Virus record (IMG/VR): IMGVR_UViG_3300016472_000307
Location: 1 to 38,984 of that record
From: a virus
Lineage: Duplodnaviria; Caudoviricetes
Strand: one strand, 5' to 3'
DNA length: 38,984 nucleotides
Shown here: piece after piece, positions 18,038 through 26,432 of the stretch
Layout of the letters: each line of letters opens with the position of its first letter
Position numbering within the stretch: the first letter of the stretch is position 1
Notes under the pieces: generated by a model
The model's input: only the letters and a program-made list of their open reading frames with translations
Told to the model about the DNA's origin: nothing
Database searches by the model: none
Made by a program: the position numbers and the translations under genes

Positions 18038-20721
18038 AAATTCATATAGGTTGTTCCAGAAGAAACTGGGCATTTTATACCATAATTATCCATACATTGA
18101 TTTATATTATCAAAATACTGACCACTATAGTTTAGTAAAGTCCAACTGCCGCCCACACTAGCAGGTATTTCCAAAAACCTCCAACAACTATTTCCAAAAA
18201 CAACATGGTTTTCAATATAAATTGTTCCTTTTTCATTAAGTATTACCTCATTATAATTTACTCTTACATATAGTGCGGTTATATTTTCATATAGCAGAAA
18301 AAATTGGTCTATGTAACAAATTACAAACATAGCATTTACATATTCTACACTAGATGGTGTAAGTGTAGGTGTTGGAGCTATAGAACTTGTTGTTGTTGGT
18401 GTTCGAGTATTTGTTGGTGTAACTGATGTTGTATTTGTGGGTGTTGGTGTAACTGATGTTGTATTTGTGGGTGTTGGTGTAACTGATGTTGTATTTGTGG
18501 GTGTTGGTGTAACTGATGTTGTATTTGTGGGTATTGGTGTTAGTGGCAAAAAATTTAAAAATTTTACACCCATTTGCCAATGTGGTTCACCATAAAATGT
18601 TTTACTAACTTCAGAAGAAAAATTGTTTTCATACTGAAATTTAATATTTGTTATATCTGAAAAATTAACAGTTTGACCCGTATATGGTGATAAATTTAAC
18701 TCTTCTGCAACTTTATCAATTCTACATATGTAAGTAAACCCACTGAAAATACCCAACGAAATTCCTAATATTTTGTAATTACCGTCAATAGAAGCCACCG
18801 CAACACTACCAGACTTTATACTAGTGCCTGTATTGGCAATTTTAAACAGGGATTTCATGGATACTGGAATATTTGGCACTGTAGACCAAGGACTATATGG
18901 TAGGTATATGTCAATAGAGGAGTTTTTATCTAATAGAGATCCACTTATAGGACTACCGCTTAAACTAGAAAATAAAATTTCACTATTTAATACCATATTG
19001 TTCAATTCATTTTCATTAGCAAATAATAATGGATTGTTTATAATTGCCTCTAAACCAAGAATTTTCCAAGATTCTGAACTAGAAAAATCTTCAGGTTTTA
19101 TTGTTAATAAGGCGGCGTCAATACTATTAGAGATTGTTTTAAAATTTGCTGGTAAAAATTTTTTTATAACACCAACCATTGAAAGTCCACTTGTTTGTAA
19201 AACTGTAATTTTTGTTAAATCTGGATATATCCATTCTTTACATTTACTTGCATTATTAAAAACATTATCAATTAATGAGTATGCAGATGTCAAACCAACA
19301 ATGGAATTTGTATCATTGTCTACACAAATGACACCTAAAATACTTGATAATGAAGTTCCAGACACTCTTACATCAACGCCACCTTTTATTGGGGTTAAGG
19401 ATGGATTAAAAGTTGAAGTGGTGTGGTTTGATATAAATTGATAAATTGCACTATTTTCACTTTGTGACGTAACTAATGAACTTCCTGCTTGCCAATACAA
19501 ATTATTTTGATAATTAATTGTAACAGAAGAAAGTGGATAATTTGTATTATACGTATCAAAAACAGGATTATTTATAAAATTTACAGACTGTCCAGTATAT
19601 GGTGATATGTTTAAAAGTGAGGCAATACGATCTATTCTACAAAATGCACCTAAGTTAGATTGTCCTGGAGATGGTGGTTCTAAAAGTGCAAAAACTAAAC
19701 CAACTATTTTGGGAACATCATTAAAATATGCATAAACACAAGAACCAGAATCTCCACCATTTATGGGGCTACACGGACCATTAGAGCTAATAAAACCAAC
19801 TAAATCATCAAAAATTATACTACTACTAGATTCTTGCCCTTGTAAAAATAAAGAATTAGAAACTTGGGTATTAAACATATACTCGACAGGAATTAAATCA
19901 AATGTTCCTACACCATGTCCTTTTGGTCCTGTTCTAGCTCCAGAACTATAAAGTTGAGTCCTCATTTCTACCATAGAATCTATTTCATCTGTCGTTGCAA
20001 ATAATGGAGGTGTAGTTAGTCCAGTCATACCATATTGCATCCAAGAATTGATTGAGAACGCAGAATATGGTATAGTACATAAAGCGGCGTCTATTGGATT
20101 TTTTTCATTAGGATAAAAAGGATAACCTCTTTTAAAAACACCTAGAAACCCGTTTTCAGCTTGAGATTGAGGTTCATCAGCGTTTTGGTAAATTTTTTTA
20201 TTTATCCCATCATATACTTGATTATCCCAATATTTACAATTTTGAAAAGTGTTTTGAAGATATAAGTTATTATACGTTTCCGAAATTACATGATTGTTAC
20301 TAACACCAACAATTGTATTGTCAGTGTTATCGACAGCTATGAACCCCAAAGTGCCTTTAAAGCCTGTAGCAATCTTTGGTTCTAACGACACCGCAACACC
20401 TCCCAAAATTGGACGAAAATATCTATTGTTACATTGATTTAACAAGTAGCCACACTGAGGAGGCTGTATTTGTGTAAAAGAAGCTACAGTATAAGTTCTA
20501 ACATCACTATAAACAGATATTCCATCAACATCAATATAAGTTGGTATAATTTCTTCTGGCGAAAGTTCTGAAATTATTTTTTTTTTGTAAACTAAAAAAA
20601 TAAATGACATTTCATTTGTGTATTCATTATTTTTAATTTTCAAACCATAGTTTATACTTACAACTGAAGGCGGTCTAGTCTTGTAAAGTTCTTCAATTTT
20701 TTTTCGTATTTCGTTATTCAT
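18034..20721 (-). CDS. Tandem protease: active Nal1-like domain + inactive protease domain + PT linker + Cys-rich C-terminal module
   Basis: Domain 1 has SNNHV/IDAAL/GGDSGS. Domain 2 has TSAYS/IDAAL/IKSGS (His lost). TPTPTNTTSV repeats follow; ends CPVSSGTTYMNL. Confidence 0.85.
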   Translation of the reverse strand: MNNEIRKKIEELYKTRPPSVVSINYGLKIKNNEYTNEMSFIFLVYKKKIISELSPEEIIPTYIDVDGISVYSDVRTYTVASFTQIQPPQCGYLLNQCNNRYFRPILGGVAVSLEPKIATGFKGTLGFIAVDNTDNTIVGVSNNHVISETYNNLYLQNTFQNCKYWDNQVYDGINKKIYQNADEPQSQAENGFLGVFKRGYPFYPNEKNPIDAALCTIPYSAFSINSWMQYGMTGLTTPPLFATTDEIDSMVEMRTQLYSSGARTGPKGHGVGTFDLIPVEYMFNTQVSNSLFLQGQESSSSIIFDDLVGFISSNGPCSPINGGDSGSCVYAYFNDVPKIVGLVFALLEPPSPGQSNLGAFCRIDRIASLLNISPYTGQSVNFINNPVFDTYNTNYPLSSVTINYQNNLYWQAGSSLVTSQSENSAIYQFISNHTTSTFNPSLTPIKGGVDVRVSGTSLSSILGVICVDNDTNSIVGLTSAYSLIDNVFNNASKCKEWIYPDLTKITVLQTSGLSMVGVIKKFLPANFKTISNSIDAALLTIKPEDFSSSESWKILGLEAIINNPLLFANENELNNMVLNSEILFSSLSGSPISGSLLDKNSSIDIYLPYSPWSTVPNIPVSMKSLFKIANTGTSIKSGSVAVASIDGNYKILGISLGIFSGFTYICRIDKVAEELNLSPYTGQTVNFSDITNIKFQYENNFSSEVSKTFYGEPHWQMGVKFLNFLPLTPIPTNTTSVTPTPTNTTSVTPTPTNTTSVTPTPTNTTSVTPTNTRTPTTTSSIAPTPTLTPSSVEYVNAMFVICYIDQFFLLYENITALYVRVNYNEVILNEKGTIYIENHVVFGNSCWRFLEIPASVGGSWTLLNYSGQYFDNINQCMDNYGIKCPVSSGTTYMNL
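18413..18532. repeat. Perfect 30-bp coding tandem repeat x4 (TPTPTNTTSV-type)
   Basis: GTTGGTGTAACTGATGTTGTATTTGTGGGT repeated four times with no spacers. Confidence 0.95.
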
Positions 20722-20732
20722 AACTTTTTACT

Positions 20733-23318
20733 TTAATTTTCAATAACCCTCATATAAGTTGTACCAGAATAAACCCCAGGACAATTAATATTGTTTATAT
20801 TCAAACACTCATTTAAATACGAATAATAAACACCAGAATAATATGGGAAATGTGCAAATTGCGATTCTTGAGTAGCAACTCCATAATATCTCCAACATGA
20901 GTTACCATAAAATTCATGGTTTTCTACAAATATTACACTTTTTTCATTTTCAAAAAACTCAGAAGTCAAAACATTAATTGTAAGTTTAGATTTATAGTCT
21001 ATCTTATCAACATATTCAGATAGATAACACGGAATCAAATTTACAAGAGTAAATAATATATCATAATTGGATGGTGTTGGAGTTCGAGTCGGTACAGGTG
21101 TTGGAAGTGGATTACAACTAGAACCACAAATGCCTCTATATTCCAAAATAATAGGCCTATTAACATTTAACGCGGTTGGAACATTTTTACTACAAACATA
21201 AAGAGGATAGTCAGAATTTAACAAAAGACCATTTATGTTACAATCGTTACAATCGACATATCTAACTCTTGTATTCACATATATTTGAGTTATTGTAAAC
21301 GCACTGCATTGAAAATTACTACAACTTGTACTCGTAAGTGTTGGCGTCGGAGTTGGGGTTAATGAAATTAAAGAACAATTAACAACACTAGTAATTGATG
21401 CTCCACTAAATTGCCAATAAACGACATAATTCTCTAACACCTCTGGCGTATCTGAAAAAGCTCTATAACGATTCGCAAAATTTGACTTGGGCTGATTTGT
21501 TATTGTATCATAAATCACATCACCTGGGCCTAATTGATTTAAAGGTTTGGTAATGTATCCGAAAATCTGTACTGGGTTATTAATTAAATCCTGACAAGCA
21601 GCAAGTGCACTTGTTGATCCTGCAGGAGAAACCATTACGCCGTAGATAAAATATTTTATCAAATATGCACTCACAGTTTGTGAAGGACTAACCTGAGGCG
21701 TAGTTGTACAATATGAACCACATATTTCACCTTTAGATAGTGTAATAAATTCTTTTATATCAATACCTGACTGAAATTGAGGATTAGGAGCGGATTTACT
21801 CGACACAATAACAGGAGTACTTTGCGAACAAATATAAGTCGTTTTGCCGTATAGGACTTCAACTAATTTTTTTAGATTATAACCAAAACAATCAGTATAG
21901 GTGGCCCACACTGAGATTGATGAAAAAAAAGTACCATAATAAGCCGGTACACTCTTTTGTAAAGTCACGTTTTCATTCAAATCCAAAGACCACATAAAAC
22001 AACCCGCATTATAATTTGGATAACAATTAGGATCTGGAGTTCTAGTTGGTGTTGTTGTCAATGTTGGTGTTGAAGTTGGGTTTGGTGTGGAAAATAAAGA
22101 AGATGTTGGTGTTGTTGTCGGTATAGGCGTTTGTGTTAATGGTAATCCCCCTATTTGCCAAAAAATTTTGTCATCAAAACTGACAGTTACGGCAGAGTAA
22201 TTATTTGTTGTTAGAATAGTTTCTGTATTTGCGGTGTTAGAAAAGCCCACGTTAGTTTGTCCAGTCCAAGACGAAATATTGAGAAGGCTTTGAATATTAT
22301 CAATCCTACAAACACCCGCATAACTAAGATTGGTACTAATAATAATTAATTGACAAACCAAACCAATTATTTTACGGACACCATTAATATCAGCCAAAAC
22401 CATAGACCCACTGTCTCCAAACCAAGCCGGGTATGGACATGTAAAACCGCTTGGAGTTGTTGTTGCGCTTGCTACGTACAATATTAAATCATTTGTTGTC
22501 ACACCAGGTACACTAAAATACCAATTCGTTGCCATACACACCAACTTCATTTCGCCTTCACCTTTTGCGCCAGTAGTTCTTCCCGAACTATACAAATTTG
22601 CCTTTGTAAAAATTAAATCGTCGATTTCTTCCGTGGTTGCAAAATCCATAGGTTGTGTCCATCCTGTAAGACCAATTTGACGATAAGAAGATTCAAAATC
22701 TACCAATTCTCTTGGTATTGTTACTAGACCAGCGTCGATTGTAGTTATATTTGGGGCGGATCTCATCGGATACCAATTCTTTACAATACCTAATCTTTGA
22801 GGGGTTATACTAGTTTCGCCCTGAAAAACAGTAAAAATACCACCACTAAAGACTATTGAAAATGGATTAACATCATAGTTTATAATATTCCACGGAAGAC
22901 AATGAGCATTAGTAAGGCCAGCCAATGAATTAGTAGAGTTATCAATGACTAGACCGCCTAAAGTACAGTAACTTTGTATTGATGTACCTCCAGAAATAGG
23001 AGAAATTGTATTACGGTTTGGAGGGGGCACCGTCTCCCAAGAGTAAAAATTAGAGGGACAATCAGATAATGTTTTTATTTCCACAGTACTCACATCGGTT
23101 AATAATTCATACCCCATGTATTCAATTTTTTCAGGAATTAAAAAATTAGGATCTACATCTTCATGTTTTATTTTTTTATTGACATAAAACGTAATGCCCA
23201 ACTCTGAAGTAAACTTTCCATCTACAATTTTATTTCCAAATGAAACACCTATAATGTTTGTATCCAAATTTTCGGATAACAATTTTTTAATTAGATCTTT
23301 TATTATTTTAGTTTTCAT
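20733..23318 (-). CDS. Nal1-like serine protease with PT linkers and multiple Cys-rich modules
   Basis: TNAHC, IDAGL and FGDSGS motifs, then PT linkers and four modules; ends CPGVYSGTTYMRVIEN. Confidence 0.85.
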   Translation of the reverse strand: MKTKIIKDLIKKLLSENLDTNIIGVSFGNKIVDGKFTSELGITFYVNKKIKHEDVDPNFLIPEKIEYMGYELLTDVSTVEIKTLSDCPSNFYSWETVPPPNRNTISPISGGTSIQSYCTLGGLVIDNSTNSLAGLTNAHCLPWNIINYDVNPFSIVFSGGIFTVFQGETSITPQRLGIVKNWYPMRSAPNITTIDAGLVTIPRELVDFESSYRQIGLTGWTQPMDFATTEEIDDLIFTKANLYSSGRTTGAKGEGEMKLVCMATNWYFSVPGVTTNDLILYVASATTTPSGFTCPYPAWFGDSGSMVLADINGVRKIIGLVCQLIIISTNLSYAGVCRIDNIQSLLNISSWTGQTNVGFSNTANTETILTTNNYSAVTVSFDDKIFWQIGGLPLTQTPIPTTTPTSSLFSTPNPTSTPTLTTTPTRTPDPNCYPNYNAGCFMWSLDLNENVTLQKSVPAYYGTFFSSISVWATYTDCFGYNLKKLVEVLYGKTTYICSQSTPVIVSSKSAPNPQFQSGIDIKEFITLSKGEICGSYCTTTPQVSPSQTVSAYLIKYFIYGVMVSPAGSTSALAACQDLINNPVQIFGYITKPLNQLGPGDVIYDTITNQPKSNFANRYRAFSDTPEVLENYVVYWQFSGASITSVVNCSLISLTPTPTPTLTSTSCSNFQCSAFTITQIYVNTRVRYVDCNDCNINGLLLNSDYPLYVCSKNVPTALNVNRPIILEYRGICGSSCNPLPTPVPTRTPTPSNYDILFTLVNLIPCYLSEYVDKIDYKSKLTINVLTSEFFENEKSVIFVENHEFYGNSCWRYYGVATQESQFAHFPYYSGVYYSYLNECLNINNINCPGVYSGTTYMRVIEN

Positions 23319-23326
23319 CTTATTCT

Positions 23327-23842
23327 TTAAATCCCTATAAATTCATTAGCGGTTACTGGTGTTGCAATGTAACTGACATAAAAAGGTTTATATCCGGCAT
23401 AGGTATGTTTGTTGTCATAATTGGGAATACCCTTATCAACAACTGAATAATATCTTACTTGATTTTCGGTAATCCAATAACCGATATAATCACCCAAACT
23501 AATGGAAACTTGCAGGTCGTCCAAATCTTTTTGGTAGATAGCGAATTTAATATTACCTGGTTCGTTTTGTATAACTTTGGTATTACCCAAGAAAGCCATA
23601 TCCGGTTGCATAATTTGCAAATAAGCGTTTACTGATATTGGTGGTAAAAACTCTATGGATTGAGGTAAAGCTTCTCCATAGACATCGTCTTGATTTGTTT
23701 TTTGTTTGTTTACACGATAGACAACAATGGTAAAATTCATATCACCATCGAGCCATTCACGACCCATACTAACGTCTAAATCGAAATCTTCCTGACCGAA
23801 AAATTTACCTAATCTTGTGATTGGAACTTGATTTTGTGCCAT
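23327..23842 (-). CDS. Putative head-closure / head-tail joining protein
   Basis: 171 aa, beta-rich (IVVYRV, DDVYGEA, ISLGDYI, RYYSVV); first gene of the minus-strand structural run. Confidence 0.5.
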   Translation of the reverse strand: MAQNQVPITRLGKFFGQEDFDLDVSMGREWLDGDMNFTIVVYRVNKQKTNQDDVYGEALPQSIEFLPPISVNAYLQIMQPDMAFLGNTKVIQNEPGNIKFAIYQKDLDDLQVSISLGDYIGYWITENQVRYYSVVDKGIPNYDNKHTYAGYKPFYVSYIATPVTANEFIGI

Positions 23843-23891
23843 ACTTGATAAATATTCATAATAGTATTATATTTAATTTATTTTTTTTGTT

Positions 23892-25649
23892 TTGGACAAT
23901 CAATTAAATGCGAGAGAAAATCAAGCCGTAGATATTTTAGATCGTTATGAAGGTGCGAATAACTTTATTCTCAAATTAAAACACAAAAGGGATTCAAATC
24001 CTAAATTCTTTCCCAACACAACTCAAACCGAATATGTGATTAAATATCACAAAAGAGAACCAAAGGTTGCAAAAAAATGGGTACAATTGGACACATATTT
24101 TGCGAGTAAAATTGCAAATGAAAAAATGTTTATAGAAGTACCGACGCAAATTTGGATAGAAAAACTTTTAGTTGAAAAAGAAACCGCTTATCACGTGTGG
24201 GGATATTATTTTGAAAATCAGGGGTTACATGATATTTGGATACCAAAAGCCGCGGTAATCAAAGATAATAAAATCAAAAACGTAGAAATTGATTTTGAGA
24301 AATACTCACATCGACCATTACTCGAACATCAAAAAGAAGGTGTAAAAACTTTGTGTGAAAACAAAAAGTATATTTTAGCGGATGATTTGGGGGTTGGTAA
24401 AACGATAACAGCGGTAGTTGCATCAATAGAGTCAAATGCAAACAAAGTTCTTGTTATTTGCCCTGCATCATTAAAAATAAATTGGAAACGGGAACTTGAA
24501 TACTATACTGATAGAACTATATCGATAGTGGAAGGTAAAAAATGGGAGGATGCCGATTACGTTATTATCAACTACGATATTTTGAAAAATTTCCACACAT
24601 TAGAAAAAGATTCGGAATCAATAATACGTGACGCAAAATTTGATTTGGTAATTGTTGATGAAGCCCACGCGATTTGTAATGTTCAAGCACAGAGAACCAA
24701 ACTTGTAAATAACATCAGTAAAATATCACAAAGAACTTGGTTGTTAACGGGGACTCCTGTGACATCTCGACCAATAAATTATTTCAATCTACTCAATTTA
24801 GTTGACTGTAATGTTGCTCAGAATTGGATGGCTTATGTCAAGCGTTATTGTAATGGGTATCAGTTCCGTGCTGGTAACAGAAAAATATGGAATGTAAGCG
24901 GCGCGTCAAATTTGGAAGAACTTTACGAAAGAACAAAACCCTTTGTGTTACGAAGATTAAAAAAAGACATACTAGACTTACCTGAAAAAATAATTTCTCC
25001 AATTTATATGCGACTGAAATCTAGAGAATACGAAGAAGTTATGGGGGAATATTACGAATGGTATGATAAGGGTGGTGAGTCAAATTCTTTAACTATGCAA
25101 TTTTCCAAAATCGCAAAGGTTAGACAAATTATCGCCAACGAAAAAGTTTCTCAAACCATAGAGCTTTGTGAAAATATTTTAGACCAAGATAAAAAAGTGA
25201 TCATTTTTTGCAATTTCACAGAATCACTTAACACTATCTACTCACACTTCAAGAAGATAGCGGTAAAACTTGATGGATCAACTCCTAAAGGGGAAAGACA
25301 AGACGCTGTTGATAAATTCCAAACCGATGAAAATATTAAAGTATTCGTGGGTAACATTAAAGCCGCAGGAGTGGGTCTTACACTCACCGCGGCAGAAACT
25401 GTAATTATGAATGATCTATCCTTTCTTCCATCAGACCATTCCCAAGCAGAAGATAGAGCATATCGTTATGGTCAGAAAAATAATGTGGTTGTCTATTATC
25501 CAATTTTTGAAAACACAATCGAGGGTATCATTTATGATATTTTGGATAAGAAAAAAAGAATTATTAATACAGTAATGGGTGATACAATGTTATTTGAAGG
25601 TGATGCTCTCGAAAATATACTTCAATCTATTAACCAAAACAGAAATTGA
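23892..25649 (+). CDS. SNF2-family (SMARCAL1-like) helicase/ATPase
   Basis: ILADDLGVGKT, VICPASL, IVDEAH, LTGTP, RRLK, GVGLTLT and QAEDRAYRYGQ motifs; TTG start. Confidence 0.92.
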   Translation: MDNQLNARENQAVDILDRYEGANNFILKLKHKRDSNPKFFPNTTQTEYVIKYHKREPKVAKKWVQLDTYFASKIANEKMFIEVPTQIWIEKLLVEKETAYHVWGYYFENQGLHDIWIPKAAVIKDNKIKNVEIDFEKYSHRPLLEHQKEGVKTLCENKKYILADDLGVGKTITAVVASIESNANKVLVICPASLKINWKRELEYYTDRTISIVEGKKWEDADYVIINYDILKNFHTLEKDSESIIRDAKFDLVIVDEAHAICNVQAQRTKLVNNISKISQRTWLLTGTPVTSRPINYFNLLNLVDCNVAQNWMAYVKRYCNGYQFRAGNRKIWNVSGASNLEELYERTKPFVLRRLKKDILDLPEKIISPIYMRLKSREYEEVMGEYYEWYDKGGESNSLTMQFSKIAKVRQIIANEKVSQTIELCENILDQDKKVIIFCNFTESLNTIYSHFKKIAVKLDGSTPKGERQDAVDKFQTDENIKVFVGNIKAAGVGLTLTAAETVIMNDLSFLPSDHSQAEDRAYRYGQKNNVVVYYPIFENTIEGIIYDILDKKKRIINTVMGDTMLFEGDALENILQSINQNRN

Positions 25650-25684
25650 AAATACTTATAGGAGACACTAAAGTCTTGGTGAGC

Positions 25685-26377
25685 ATGAAGTATTTGGAGA
25701 ATAAAATTGAGTTAATAGAGCAGAAAATCGAAGAAAGAAGAAGATTAATAGAAGAACAAAAAAAATCCAAGATTAAATATGGTAATGTAGTGTTTGAACC
25801 ATTACCTTATTCTTTCACATCTCTCAAAGCTTTCATCGATCCAACAACAATGAATGTTCATTATACAAAACACTATAAAGGTTATGTTGATAAATTGAAC
25901 TTAGCAACTAAAGGAAAAAGATATGAAAATATGTCTTTGGAAGAAATTGTAAGTTCGGTCAAAGAAACTGAAAAACTAATACGAGATAACGCTGGTGGGG
26001 CCTATAATCATTCGTTGTTTTGGAATATGATGACACCTAATCCACCAAAAATTCCTATGAAACTTGATTCGAGAATAAACTCTAATTTTGGAAGTGTCAA
26101 AGAATTCAAAAAAAAATTTGATGAAGCCGCTAAAAGTGTTTTTGGGTCTGGTTGGGTATGGTTGATACTAAAAGAGAATGGTAAATTAAAAATTGTAACA
26201 ACACCAAATCAAGATAATCCAATGATGAGTTTTGTTAATGATGGAGGAAAACCACTTCTTGGTTTGGACGTGTGGGAACATGCCTACTATCTCAAATATC
26301 AAAATAGAAGAGACGAATATATCAAAAACTTTTGGAGAGTTGTAGATTGGGAATTTATTACGAGTAGATTATATTGA
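25685..26377 (+). CDS. sodA: Mn/Fe superoxide dismutase (Mn-type signatures) with N-terminal extension
   Basis: HYTKH, AGGAYNHSLFW, FGSGWVWL, NQDNP and DVWEHAYY motifs. The ATG at 25685 is preferred over the TTG at 25646. Confidence 0.93.
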   Translation: MKYLENKIELIEQKIEERRRLIEEQKKSKIKYGNVVFEPLPYSFTSLKAFIDPTTMNVHYTKHYKGYVDKLNLATKGKRYENMSLEEIVSSVKETEKLIRDNAGGAYNHSLFWNMMTPNPPKIPMKLDSRINSNFGSVKEFKKKFDEAAKSVFGSGWVWLILKENGKLKIVTTPNQDNPMMSFVNDGGKPLLGLDVWEHAYYLKYQNRRDEYIKNFWRVVDWEFITSRLY

Positions 26378-26432
26378 ATACACAATAAAAAAAAACAATA
26401 ATTTAGATATTTATAAAAAAAAACACAAAAAT

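Noticed and set aside
18413-18532. 30-bp repeats as a CRISPR array
   Set aside because: The copies are head-to-tail with no spacers, lie in frame in a PT linker, and no cas genes are present.
18350-18580. ORF with YTNTHKYNIS repeats
   Set aside because: It is an alternative-frame reading of the 30-bp tandem repeat inside a longer gene.
10159-23318. Diversity-generating retroelement or invertase shufflon driving protease variation
   Set aside because: There is no reverse transcriptase or recombinase in the window, no repeat pair with adenine-specific mismatches that I could see, and all cassettes are co-oriented.
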